The translations under genes were made by a program, and so were the position numbers. A stretch of 64,000 nucleotides of DNA from Octopus sinensis (Eukaryota): positions 20,584,001-20,648,000 of the forward strand of contig NC_043002.1 in NCBI RefSeq assembly GCF_006345805.1. The letters are read 5' to 3'. The first letter of the stretch is position 1. Every line of letters starts with the position of its first letter. Shown here piece after piece: positions 40,417 through 53,898 of the stretch. Below the pieces are notes generated by a model. The model was not told where the DNA came from, did no database searches, and was given only the letters and a program-made list of their open reading frames with translations.

Positions 40417-40698
40417 AGTACTGGGGTTGATGTAATAGAATTCCCCCCTTCCTCGAAATTGGCCTTGTGCCAAAATTTGAAATCAACATTAGAGACTAAA
40501 ATTCTGAGAATCATTAATGAGTTTCGACTTCTTATTCATTATGAAGTTTTTATTTTGAGTACTGGGGTTGATGTAATAGAATTCCCCCCTTCCTCGAAAT
40601 TGGCCTTGTGCCAAAATTTGAAATCAACATTAGAGACTAAAATTCTGAGAATCATTAATGAGTTTCGACTTCTTATTCATTATGAAGTTTTTATTTTG
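40417..40698. repeat. Apparently perfect 141-bp tandem duplication
   Basis: Units 40417-40557 and 40558-40698. The ORF track shows the same 47-aa translation twice. Confidence 0.95.
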
Positions 40699-41136
40699 TA
40701 ACGGTTGAATATATCCGTATATAAATTTAATGTTATGTCCACAAAGTTAATTATGCTAATGTTAGGTGTAATTCTTAAATGTATATTCACTAAATATATT
40801 TATGAGGTCTTTTTCAAATGTAACTAGCTCATGATGGTTCATATTATGTGAGATTATATGGTTCTGTACAAAGCTCCTCACAAGGTAGGATATATTTTAT
40901 GCAACAGATAAAGGAAAATATAAATTCCAATAATTTGACAGATTCGAATAATCCTATCAGGTGGTGCTATTAAGTTAGACATGGCCTGGACCAATCTTTG
41001 GTCGAAACATATCTAAGTTTATCTAAGTTTAATACAGCCACGTTGTGAAATACTATGTAAACCAGTGGTTCCTTACCTTTTCACTACCAAAGACCCCTTT
41101 TATTTAAATAAGTTTTTCCACGGACCCCAGGATATT

Positions 41137-41348
41137 CTTTTCTACTCTAGGCACAAGGCTCAAAATTTTTGAGGAGGGTCCAGTAGATTAGATCGACCGC
41201 GGTACGCAACTGCTACTTAATTTATCGACCCCGAAAGGATGAAAGGCAAAGTCGAACTCGGCGGAATTTGAACTTAGAGCGTAAAGACAGACGAAATACG
41301 GCTAAGCATTTCGTCCGGCGTGCTAACGTTTCTACCAGCTTGCCGCCT
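41137..41348 (-). mobile_element. Family A SINE with a 9-bp TSD, inserted in a hAT-like MITE end
   Basis: CAGGATATT on both sides. The host begins CAGTGGTTCC at about 41063. Confidence 0.8.
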
Positions 41349-42019
41349 TCAGGATATTGAAAGGTTTATCAGCTTAACAAGGATCCTTTTTCCGAAAGGG
41401 AGGATATGGTAGTTATGTTGAACGACATATCATTGATATTGTTCCAGTTGTATATAGCATGAAGGTATTGTTGGGGAGTATAGATGTCATCGTTTGTCTT
41501 AATCTCTGCTGTCACTTTGATGTAATCAACATAGCTATTAAATATTGCTCATTGTGTTTTTGTCTGTCTCAGAACATTATAAGAAACAAAACGAGACAAA
41601 GAACAGTGCCTTTTGATGCGCTACATACTTCCAAAGACTGTTTGGAGAGGGCTTCATAAGCTGCAACCAGTTAACGTCTATAGTTCAAGGAATCAGTGAT
41701 CAAATTGCTTAACTTCCTGTTAAACCAACAATTTTTACCCGTGGTGTAAGAAACCATGGCTGATCTTCTCACTGGTTGTGATGAAATCAAGATATATTAA
41801 GGTGGCGAGTTGACAGGGTCGTTAGCATACTTAGCGGTATTTCGCCCATCGTTACGTTCTAAGTTCAAATTCCGCCGAAGTCGACTTTGTTTTCATCCTT
41901 TCGGTGTCAATAAATTAAATACCAGTTGTGTACTGGGGTTGATCTAATCGACTAGTCCCCCCCCCCAAGCGTCGGGCCTTGTGCCTATAATAGAAAGGAA
42001 ATCAAAATATATGCAGTTA

Positions 42020-42480
42020 ACTGTTAATTCGGATTTTAAACTCTTCAGAATTTGATTGTTTTGTAGAAGCTGTGTCAGATCCTTCTGGATTGGAAACCGT
42101 GATGGGTGTTGCTAAAAGCTTCTGTATGTAATTCTCTTCCAGACTCTTGAATGATAGCGTGGGATCTCGGTGGCACATATCTGTAAATCCCAGTTTGTGT
42201 CCTACTGTCATCTTTATCATTTGATGCTATTATTGTTTCTCTCAACATTTCTGGATGTCCTCCAGCGTCTAAATAGCTCTGACGTAATATTTTCAAAGGA
42301 CCAGAAAGGTAGTAGGGTTTTAGTTATAGGGACAGTCGACCATCCGGTTTTGAGACCAAGTTAGTGTCAAGATAGCTTATTGATTCGATTATGTTCTGTT
42401 TTGTTAAGTTGCTTGGGAGAATATAACGGGGTGTTCAGTTTGTTGTTCTTTCCTTGGTTTGTCTGTCGGCCTCATAAATA
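42020..42480 (-). mobile_element. Highly decayed Penelope-like ORF end (GIY-YIG C-terminus-like)
   Basis: The minus frame reads ...HRDPTLSFKSLEENYIQKLLATP, followed by a degenerate CTGAAGA...CCGAAT motif. Resemblance only. Confidence 0.3.
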
Positions 42481-44874
42481 GTAAATGCGAGACGATCTGA
42501 ATCAGCCAGAAATAAATTCGCTCTCAAAGGCGACTTTACTTCTTGATTCAGATAACCCAGAAGGTTGATATCACAAGCGTTGGCTTCTATTTTATGTATG
42601 TTTGTCAAAGGTTTGTCAGAGGAGCTACAATAAGGAGCTATTTCTTAAGGAGGTAGGGAGATGACACATGATGCGATGTTCTGTTTCACATAGCCAATCA
42701 GTAATATAGTGTTGGAGCGAAAAAAAAAATCCCTAGCAGTATGGTCTTCTTAGAGACATAACTCCATTTCGCCAGTCTTTCTAGGTAGTAGGCCTGATCT
42801 GTTTTTCATAAAGCTTGGTATATAAACCGGAACATCTGTATTTCTAGTATGAGATATAACTCTGTTAATGCAACTACGATAGTATGTTGTATGTTGGACA
42901 CACACATGTACACACACTTACACACACACTCACACACGTTCTTGTACATACACACACGTACATTATGAACACATACTCGGAAATTTTGTGTCACTGAAAT
43001 CAGCTGTCAGCAGTTATCCATGTTCCTTATTTCAATTTAACAATTTAAAACCCTTATGGATTATACAAAGCCGGTCCCACGGGATCAATTTCACACGAGG
43101 CTATATATGAAATTACCAAATGTTTACTTGAGATGCTAAATAAACTAAACTATTTTTTGTAATTCCTCCCCCAACAACATTTTTTAATGTTTGGATTACG
43201 TGAGTGAAATATCCGAAAGGTTCCAGAATTCTCAACCATAATCTAACAGAAATTCTTAAACTTTGAGGAAAGACACCACTAAGAAAATTAAAAAAAAAAA
43301 AAAAAAGAATAAAGCTGTTAACCAAACATTGATGTAAATATACAAAAACTAAAGAGGAAATATTGAAGCAGCACAGGCGTTTTAAATACAGAAACATTCA
43401 CCAATTCTTCATGCTTAAATTTGTTTCATTATTATTGTTAACTGTTGTGCAATTACTAAATATTGTTTTGTCCCAGTTTTCGTTTGACAAGACTAGAGCG
43501 TCTCTTCTTTCGCTTGTTGCAAAAAGGGACACTTTTTACTTGTCAGGTAGTTCATTTGCTACCAGCCCTTTTACACTGTGGCTCGGCATATCGTGGCTGT
43601 TAATGTACTGACAAGCACTGAGGGTGCGGTATCTGCAGAAATACCTTTATGGTGATTGGCTGTGGTTTCTGCATGTAGGTCACCTCTTTTTGCAGCTTGC
43701 ATCTTTATCAAAGTTGCAGTTTTGGGTCAAGAAAAAATCAAAACCAAACCTCTGATATCTGGAATGTTATCAAGCACTCACTGCTTCAGACAGTGTAGTC
43801 GATGGAAGCTGAACATAGGCAAAAGCGCTGACGTTCTCGGGGAAACTCTGAGCATCGATGGGAATGATTTGTTCGATCCTTTTCCGGAGGTCTATCGGAC
43901 CAGGACGTGTGGAAATTCTTGATGTAGAATGGTGTTGGGCCGATGGTCACATTAAGCTACCTAGGTTTGGTTCGAAACAGACCTTCAGGCTGACAGAAAC
44001 AAAGATAACGTTACGATCAGAAAAAAGGCGATAGATTGGCGGAATCGTTACGGCGTCGGACATAAATTACCTTGGGGTATTTCTTCCGACCCTTTACGCT
44101 TTGAGTTCAAATTCCGCTGAGTCAAAAACTAGGGTCAAGGCAACCGACTAGACACTCTCCTCTAAATATCGTGTTTTGTGCCTACATTAGAAACAATTAT
44201 TATTATTGTCACATGCCACCGTGTTAAGACGTGAGTTACAATCACTAACATTGGCTGTGTTTACTGTTGTGTTATTTTTCTAAACGTGTGTTTACATCTG
44301 GCCTGTTTATCTTATGATTGTTTTCTGTTTATCTTATTGCAGGGAAGAGAAGAAGCACAATTGTTATCTCTCTTCCACATTTCGAGCAAAAAACCTGGTA
44401 TTTATTATTTCTTTCTGCCGTCACAGCAGAATTTCTCAATACGTTTACGGTGGTGACAGTAGGAAATGTTTTCCGAAATACTGAGGAACCACAGACAAGC
44501 AGGGGCTTTCCTGCGATAATTGACACCTTTCACATACATTCCAGCAAGGGAAAAAAAATAGGAAAGAAAGAAAAAATAACTGATTTTATCCTTACTAAGC
44601 ACAAACTAAACTGAAAGAAATGCCTGGAAAGTTATTACGAGAAATTTGGAACGATTCCACAGATGCAGGATTTGGAAATGGAATAGCTCTAAAACCATAC
44701 TTTTCTTTATTAAAACATGTAAGTGAATTTGGGAGATAGAAACTGTGTGGAAACTCGTCGAGTACACACACACACACATACATACACACACGCACAAACA
44801 CACACACACACACTCATATAAGCGGTAGTGGGAGAACCACACACAGACACACATGTATGTATGTATACGTGTGT

Positions 44875-45012
44875 GTGTGTATGTATGTCATTATTCAGTT
44901 TATTTCAAGATTTCTTGCCAATAGAGAAAAACCCGGTTTCTAACCTAAATCCAAGTTTCTTTCATTGGAATTTCAACATTTACAACAAGGTATTTTTGTA
45001 TGTATGAATGTA

Positions 45013-45048
<36 letters not shown>

Positions 45049-45650
45049 TGTATGTATGTATGTATGTATGTATGTATGTATGTATGTATGTATGTATGAA
45101 TGTATCTACGTGCAGATTTGTATGTTTTATGTATGCATATAGTTACAAATCTAGACATGCTTATATATACTTAAATGATAAACTTCTGGAAAGTTTTACA
45201 GATTTTTACAATTCCGGTGATGGATTGAATCTGAAGTCTTCGAATTAGCACTCTCCTTTCTGGTTTTGAGTAGCCTAATTTCTCAAGATTGGTATTTAGG
45301 GAGTGTGTTACATATCGCAGGGCCCCAATAATTACAGGTATAAACCTGAACTTGTGATCAGGATAGAGTAGTTCAGCATAGGTATTCTCTTTCTCACTGA
45401 TCTTCAGCTTTATGTTAACATCCACTGAGCAGCTGGTTTCCACAAATGTACACAGTTTCTCTTCTCTATCCCAAGTCATTATATCAGGTCTGTTGCGTTT
45501 ATATTTTATTGAAGTTTTCACTGAGACATTCCACCAGTATTCCTTTTTTTTATGAGTGGCTATGGCTTCTACCATATTGTGGGTCTTTATTTCTTTGTCC
45601 TCGGGATTATCCTTCCGACGGATTTCATTATAGAATATCCTAGCTACAAT
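44875..45650 (-). mobile_element. 5'-truncated non-LTR retrotransposon with a restriction-like endonuclease (R4/Dong-type)
   Basis: IVARIFYNEI...RNRPDIMTWDREEKLCTFVETSC..DVN..K..EK..Y...FIPVIIGALRYV...KICKTFQKFII* contains a PD-(D/E)xK RLE domain. The 3' UTR ends AAATAAACTGAATAATG into (ACAT)n. Confidence 0.85.
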
Positions 45651-45689
45651 GTATTATGTATGTATGTAAGTGTGTATGTATTCTTTCAG

Positions 45690-45873
45690 TCTTTTATTCT
45701 TGTTTCAGTCACTCGACTGCGGCCGTGCTGGAGCACCGCCTTAAAGGGTTTTTTAGGACTTATTCTTTTGTAAGTACTTACTCTATAGGTCTCTTTTGGC
45801 AAGCCGCTATGTTACGGGACGTGAACACGCTAACATCAGTGGTCAAGCGATGGTGGGGAACAAACAGACACAA

Positions 45874-45964
<91 letters not shown>

Positions 45965-46122
45965 CGACGAGCTTCTTTCAGTTTCCGTCTACTAAATCCA
46001 CTCACAAGGTTTTGATCGGCTCGAAGCTAAAGTAGAAGACATTTGCTCAAGGTGCCACGCAGTGGGACTGAACCCGGAACCATGTGGCTGGGAAGCAAGT
46101 TTCTTACCACACAACCATGCCT
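45690..46122 (-). mobile_element. Family B SINE
   Basis: Full-length copy. Confidence 0.85.
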
Positions 46123-46436
46123 GTGTATGTATACACACACTGTGTACAGAGTGCAACATCACAAGAAGATCGACGGGAAAACTGATATTTTGTGTTTTGT
46201 TTATCTACATTTCCTTTTTATTTTTGTGTTCTAGTCCTGTGGTGATCACCTTTGCATATTATCCTCCCAAGGGTCAAGGAGATAACATCACTTAAATAAG
46301 GAGATATCGATATAATCGTCGACAATCTACTCTAGACAACACCAAATTTGTGAACTTGTGCTTTTGTCAGGAATCATTACCATCAACGTCATCCTCGTCG
46401 TTGTCGTCGTCGTCCTCCCCCGCTTCCCCCTCACCC

Positions 46437-46491
<55 letters not shown>

Positions 46492-46494
46492 GAT

Positions 46495-47051
46495 AGACCC
46501 TGATGCAGTACCGGGCAGTGGCTCTCATGGTTTCTGGTCTTAACTGATTGGAAGTGTTATCATGTACATGTTTTGTCTTGGTGTAAAAAGTGGGCTACAT
46601 CAAATATTCTGCTCAATACCACAGATTTGCTTGTCAGTTGTTTGACCTTAACCAGTTGAGTATGTCCCTTGCTGGCTGACGATATGTGCATCTCTGATCA
46701 CGAGCAGAAGTACTGGGGGAGCATCGTAGCCATGTGTTGAAAGGAATTCTTTGGGGTTTGAATAATTCACCTCTGGAAACATGGGTGTTTCGTCCAACAT
46801 CCCTAAGCGACTCTTATTCAGGGACCTTTTGAGCGAGATGGGCTACTCGACCTGAAGAAAATTCTAATTGGGCCCCCACCTGCAAAGTCATGCGCTGTTT
46901 ATTTTGATACAAGATCACCATGTCGCGCACATATGGTTGTGATGCATGTGCTTAGTGTGTCCTTATCAGACGGGTAGTCATTATGGGTATACTGGACTTC
47001 GTATATTTGTACCCCAGTGTCATTTTGATGGCATGCGTTGCTCTCTCACTC
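46495..47051. mobile_element. About 560-bp interspersed repeat embedded in (TAA)n on both sides (family F); partial copies at 6025-6170 and 37735-37950
   Basis: The start CTGATGCAGTACC.GGCAGTGGCTCTC.TGG is shared by the copies, each directly after (TAA)n. Class unknown. Confidence 0.7.
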
Positions 47052-47064
47052 AATAATAATAATA

Positions 47065-47103
<39 letters not shown>

Positions 47104-47104
47104 T

Positions 47105-48537
47105 AGGCGGCGTGTTGGCAGAATCGTTAGTACGCCGGCCAAATTGTTTAGTGGCATTTCGTCTGGTTTTACGTTCTGTACTGAAATTCCGTCGAGATCG
47201 ACTTTGCTTTCCATTTTGCGGGGTTGATAAAAAATGTACCATTTGAGCACTGGGGGCGATGTAACCGACTTACCTCTACTGTGAAATTGCTGGCGTTGTG
47301 TTAAAATTTAAAACCATTATTACTATTGTTGTTGTTTTGTTGTTGGCAGGGCGGTGAGCTGGCAGAATCTTTTATGTATCGGGAAAAAAATGCTTAGTGG
47401 CATCTCTTATGACACCTTACGTCCTAAGTTCAAACACAGCAGAGCTCAACTTTGCCTTTCATCGTTTCGTGATCGGTGAAGTAAGTGGCAGTTGGGAGTT
47501 GGGGGTCGATGTAATCAACTATCCCCATTCCCTCAAGATTCCAGGACATATGACAATAGTAGAAAGAATTATTATGATCTGATATTAGATGCTTTAAATA
47601 CTGGTGAGGCCATTTTTGCTTTCTTCCTTCCAGAGTCAATAAAGTATTATTCAAGTAGAGGATGTCGATTATATCCTCCGAAATGTGTGGAATGGTACCA
47701 GTGTTAGGAATAAATAATAAAAAAGGAGCACTCCGTCGGTTGCGACGACGAGGGTCCCAGCTGATACGATCAACGGAACAGCTTGCTCGTGAAATTAACG
47801 TGCAAGTGGCTGAGCACTCCACAAACACGTGTACCCTTAACGTAGTTCTCGGGGAGATTCGGCGTGACACAGAGTGTGACAAAGCTGACTCTTTGAAATA
47901 CAGGTACTACTCATTTTTGCCAGCTGAGTGGACTGGAGCAACATGAAATAAAGTGTCTTGGTCAAGGACACAACACGCCGCCGGGAATTGAACTCACCAC
48001 CTTACGATCATGAGTCGAATGTCCCTAACCACTAAGCCACGCGCCTTCACAGGAATAAATAATATCAGAGCACTGAATAGCAAAAACAATAAAGGTTGAG
48101 AAAATATTCTTTTCTATTCTAGGCACAAGGCCCGAAATTTTTGGGGAGGGGACTAGTCGATTAGATCGACTCCAGTACGCAACTGGTACTCAACTTATTG
48201 ACCCCAGTATGCAACTGGTACATGATTTATCGACCCCGAAAGGATGCAAGGCAGAGTCAACCTCGGCGGAATTTGAACTCAGAACTTAAAGACAAAATAC
48301 TCTTTTAATTGTTTCAGTCATTTGACTGCGGCCATGCTGGAGCACCACCTTTAGTCGAGCAAATCGACCCCCAGGACTTATTCTTCATAAGCCTGGTAAT
48401 TATTATATCGGTATCTTTTTGTCGAACTGCTAAGTTAAGGGGACGTAAACACACCACCATCGGTTGTCAAGCAATGTTGGGGCGGGGGGACAAATACAGA
48501 CTCAGAAACATATACACACACATACATACATATATAT

Positions 48538-48581
<44 letters not shown>

Positions 48582-49400
48582 TACATATATACGACGGGCT
48601 TCTTTCAGTTTCCGTCTACCAAATCCACTCACAAAGCTTTGGTCGGTCCGAGGCTATAGTAGAAGACACTTGCCCCAGGTTCCACGCTGTGGGACTGAAC
48701 CCAGAACCATGTGGTTAGTAAGCAAGCTACTTACCACACAGCCACTCCTGCGCCTATGACTGCTAGCAATTTTAAAGGAGAGATTCGTGGATTCGTGGCT
48801 CCAGTATTTCATTAGTATTTTATTTTATAGAATTTGAAAGGTTGAAAGGCAAAGTCGACCTCGGTGAAATGTGAACTGAGAGCGTAAACAGCCGGAAGAA
48901 ATGCTGCTAAGCATTTTGTCCGATGCGCTAACGATTCTGCCCGTTCGCTGTCTTCCTAATATATTGTTATTTTATTATAAGCGCATGGCCTGAAATTTTT
49001 GCAAGCGGGAGCAAGTCGATTAAATTGACCTCAGTGTTCAAGTGGTACTTATTTCATTGATCTCGAAAGGCTAAAAGGCAAAGTCGACTACGGCGGAGTT
49101 TGAACCCAGAACGTTAAGACGGACGAAATGTCACTAAGCATTTTGGCCGGCTTGTAAAACTGATTCTGCCACCAATACCGCCTTCCTAATAATAATAATA
49201 ATAATCCCTTCTACAATAGGCACAAGGGCTGAAAGTTTTGGAGAAGGGGACTAGTCGATTACATCGACACCAGTGTTTGACTGGTACTTAATTTATCGAC
49301 CTCGAGAGGATGAAAGGCAAAGTCGACCCAGGCGGAATTTGAACTCAGAACGTAGCGACGGGCGAAATGCCGTTAAGCATTTTGCCAGGCGTGCTAACGA
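47105..49400. mobile_element. Dense SINE cluster (families A, B and D)
   Basis: Family A at about 47105, 47348, 48110, 48770, 48980 and 49205; family D at 47705-48048 (-); family B at 48300-48757 (-). Confidence 0.8.
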
Positions 49401-49959
49401 TGCATACACATAGTTATATGGGCATATACATGTACATATATACCCCACATCTACCAGTATTTTCCAACTAACTGTTGTCGCTGGCACATCGATATCAAAC
49501 CGCTATACCCTGTGACCTTTCTCGACCAATCGCAGGCTAACGTCCAGTAATAAGCATTGACTCTGTTCAATCGAACTCTCATTCAGACCCTAATGGCCGA
49601 AGACTAGTTTGAAACTCGGAGTACCAAGAAATCTGAACTAAACTGTTTTGGCATGTATTACAGATCCACACTAAACCGATAGTAATACCTGGGTGTATGT
49701 CCCCGTTATCATGTGTTGACCCCACATCCTGTCTTTTTCAGTTTTGGACAAAATGTTCTTGAAGCTTTTTAACGTTATTCACTCGAGTAAGAACTTCTTT
49801 CTATTTCTGGAAGAGAAACTTGGCGAGAAGTTTGGTTCGTTATGCAGAGTGTTCGGGCTAAATTTGACGATTGTTTTTATGTATCCTTTTTTTTCAGGAA
49901 CAGCTTGATGTATTGTTGAAAAGTCAATGGCATTGGAGAGCATAAAGATTATAGACGTA

Positions 49960-50860
49960 GTTGGAATAAGGTAGCTCACATGGTTGGTGACCAGCCATCT
50001 GAATATTGGAAAATAGTTACCTGTATCGTGATGATTCGCGCCGGGTGTCAAAATGTCGATATCCTGACTTCTGCTCACTGCTCAGTGGACATTGTAAAGG
50101 CTGTAAGAAGTGACATGGACTGTTGCAACGGAGACTACGAAGCCGTGACCAACAGGAAGGGACACAGCAGGCCTTCTGACTACATTCACACGTCGGGGTC
50201 CATTCAACAAGGTGATGGAAGATCCGAGCAAGGGAATCTGAACTTTGGCGAGAGAGATGGGTGTTAAGTCGCCACCATTAATTTAGCTCTAAATGAGGAC
50301 TTTGTTATCGCTCGTACAAGTGGCACAAGGGTAAAATTCTGACAGTCGATGCCAAGGAAGACGCTTGACAAAGGCTAAGAAGTTTGTGAACAAACTGAGG
50401 CATCCTGTTAAGCTAAGAACGATCTGGTTCTTCTCAGACGAAAAGAGCTTTTGCTAGGACACACAACAGGTGGTTTGCCAACAATCCATGTGATATCCCG
50501 CGTATTATGAAAGCCAAGTTCATCCAAACAGTGATAGCATTTGGGTGCATATTCGACTTCTTGCCATCCCCCAGAGAATCTCTACGACTTCACCTGTTCC
50601 AATTTCTAGCCTCCAAATTCCCCCGATTATAATCCCGTGGAATTACTATGTGTGAGATGCAGTTGAGAAAGACATCGACCGCTCTGCCTGCAACACCAAG
50701 ACACGAGCAGGTGGGCAAAATCAAGGGACATTCGAAGATCCCGCAAGGGGCAAAGTGAGGAATGCATGCACCAGGTTCCAGAGCCATCTTAAGGACATGG
50801 TGGAAGCTGAGTAAACTTATCTCCTAGCCATAATCTAGTTGATATTTTTTTTTGAGTTTT
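49960..50860 (+). mobile_element. Tc1/mariner (maT, DD37D-like) transposase remnant with an internal deletion
   Basis: HTH-like IVMIRAG.., then WFFSDEKSF (first catalytic D) and PPNSPDYNPVE-YYV. The segment containing the second D appears to be missing. The subfamily call is inference. Confidence 0.75.
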
Positions 50861-51782
50861 AGAATACATTAATTTTTAGATGCGATATTGTGTTTTCTTT
50901 TCCCTTTATGTAAAATGTTGAATTTAGCCTGAATACACTGTAAATGTATTTGAAGCCTCGTGTCTGCTTTAGAAACCATTATTATTTTAGAATCGATAAA
51001 AAGTGTAACAATCAAGTACCAGGTTTTCCTGCCGAGCTCGGATCTCGTATCTATCGTTGTCTGCACGAGATTGCGATAATGCTTACATAAAAAATCAAAG
51101 TAAAGACTGAATTCTTTGCTACGTAATATAGCTATGTAATGGTGGTTGAGTGAACTATGAATTATCTGAGAAATAATTGTAATATTTCGACGTTTTTCAC
51201 TTGCGGTGCACTTATATTCTTTTCAAAATTCGGCAGTACATCTGAACTAGAAATATAATTAAAAGTATAGGGAAAAAATTATATTCAGATTACACTGCAG
51301 CACACCTAGCGCCGTCTCGTGGCACACCAGTGTGCCGCGGCATACCCGTTGCGGAGCACTGAGTTATACTAGTAAAGCAGCTAACTTACGATAACGCGAA
51401 AGCGAATATCTGATCGCTATTCTTTTTCGTCAGCCGAAAACACGTATATTTAAACTATATGTATCCGACAGTCCCCTTATGTTTTGTCTCGCATCTCATG
51501 GTTGCCATGAAAAACTTGTATAAATAACATACGTACATACTTGCGTTAAGTTGCGTGGCCTAGTGATTAATGTATTGCGATCACTAGATCATGCGTTCGA
51601 TTCCCGGACAGGGTGGTGCGTTGTTTTCTTGAATAAAACGCATCATTTCATATCGTTCCAGTTCACTTAGCTGTAAATGGGTAACCCTGTGACAGAATAG
51701 CCTCCCGATCAGGAGGAATGTTGGCTTGCTCGAAAAGCGAGCGGGGCGACATCGTCAGAAAGCTTAAACGATCAAAGAGGGC

Positions 51783-51882
51783 ATTGTGACCAGCAATGTA
51801 TAACAACGTCTGGTCGATACCGTGCTTATATATATATAAGCACGGTATCGACCAGACGTTGTTATACATTGCTAGTCACAAT
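51783..51882. repeat. 100-bp palindrome with no spacer, centred in (TA)n, 1 mismatch
   Basis: ATTGTGACCAGCAATG...GTGCTTATATA|TATATAAGCAC...CATTGCTAGTCACAAT. Confidence 0.95.
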
Positions 51883-52214
51883 ATATATATATCTGCGTGG
51901 TACCTTGGGCAAGTGTCTTTTTACCATAGCCTTGAGCCGACCAAAGCCTTGTGAGTGGATTTGGTAGACGGAAACTGAAAAAAAGCCCGTCGTATATATG
52001 TATGTGTGTGTGTGTCTGTGTTTGTCCCCTCTCCTCCAACATAGCTTGACAACCGATGCGGGTATGTTTACATCCCCGTAACTTAGCGGTTCGGCAAAAG
52101 ACCGATGGGTAAGTAGTAGGCTTACAAAGAATAAGTCGTGGGGTCGATATGCCTGACTAAAGGCGGTGCTCAAACATGGCCACAGTCAAATGACTGAAAC
52201 AAGTGAATGAGTAA

Positions 52215-52340
52215 AAGGGTAGAGCTCCGCTCGAAACGTTAAACCCTTCTTCTTTCCTGAGCGTCCAATAATACTATACTTGTTCCACATCCTCGCGTTG
52301 TTGTGTTTTCTCTTTGTGTTTTCATGTTTGGATTAACTTT
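52215..52340 (+). mobile_element. Truncated family-2 Penelope-like terminal repeat
   Basis: GAGC-TCC-GCTC GAAACGTT AAA...TTTCCTGAGCG plus a tail to (TA)n. The CUGANGA core is absent. Confidence 0.45.
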
Positions 52341-52400
52341 ATATATATATATATATATATATAATCGTATCGGTTCCGATTTCAGAGTTATTTCATAAGA

Positions 52401-52431
<31 letters not shown>

Positions 52432-53474
52432 CATAGAGAGAGTGAGTACGCATGGCCTAGGGGTTAGGGTGTAGATCGTGGTTTCAATTCCTAGAACGAG
52501 TGGTACGTTGTATTCTTGAGCAAAACACCTAATCTCACGTTGCTCTGCGTATGGTGACATGTGGTACACTGTGCATCTATTGAGGCAAAACATTTGATCA
52601 CTACAAAGCAAATCATTTGTGCAGGTTGTTAAGCAAAAGTTGGACTCTCAAACGTCGTCTTCGACGGGAGAGTCCATTGTATATGCGTTAGGCTCACACG
52701 CACATTCCATCCAGACAGATTTTGGTCACGAGCTTTTGGACAATCTGATGTTTTACCAGACATTTCTCTAATCACTGCAATTGACCTTTTATGATGTTCT
52801 ATAATTTCTTGCTACAAAAGAGAAACAAAATTCCATCGGATCCAATCGATATCGATCTAAAATAAGTACGTGTCTACTTAACGTTACTTATGGTTTATAA
52901 TACATTTTCTTTAAATTTGATTTATCAAATTCAAGGAATAAAATTAAAAAAAACCTTTTTATTTTTATATTAATTTCAAAAGAAAAAAAAACAAATTACA
53001 GTTTGGCTTTTCGCAAAAAGGTTGGTGAAACGTCATCATTCTTTCTTCCTTTTTACCATTCATATATATATATTTCTGCTTCCTTCACAGAGAAGGTTCA
53101 TATTATTACAAAGTTGTAAAGTCACTTCCAGAAAGAAGAGAGGGTGAGAAAGAGAGACAGGAGAGTGTGGAGGTAAAAAATATTCATATTCAAGCTATAA
53201 TAATGAATTAAGTATGAAATAATAATAATAATAATATTAATAATGATTTGTGCTGCTACGAAAACAGAACAATTGATTGATATATATATGCATGTTTATA
53301 TGTATATTAAGGTTTATATATATATATATATACTATATATATATATATATATATATACAGTCAACATTAAATGAAGGGTCACTCAATACCTTTCAATTGA
53401 GTGCCATTTTCAAAACTTTCTTACTAGGAAAAGTTTGACATTATTTATTAGAAGCAAGCAACTGTGAAACTTTT

Positions 53475-53574
53475 ACTTGTAAATATATATATATATATAA
53501 TATATATGTATATATATATATATATTATATATATATATACATACATATATATACATATATATACATATACATAC

Positions 53575-53606
<32 letters not shown>

Positions 53607-53867
53607 GATATATATATTACATATATATATATATATATATATACATACATATATATATATATATACATATATATATACCATATATATATACATACATATA
53701 TATATATATACATATATATACATATATTGTATATATATATACATATATATACATATATTTATTATATATATCATACATACATTATATATATATATACATA
53801 ATAATATACATATATGTATATATACATATACATATATATATATACATATATATATACATATATGTAT

Positions 53868-53898
<31 letters not shown>

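Noticed and set aside
42022-42052. CTGAAGA...CCGAAT hammerhead-like motif on the minus strand
   Set aside because: GAAA is broken, stem II is poor and there is no stem I partner. At most a relic.
43830-43990. In-frame TGA in a minus-strand frame, suggesting selenocysteine
   Set aside because: No selenoprotein motif or SECIS element was identified, and the frame itself is unproven.
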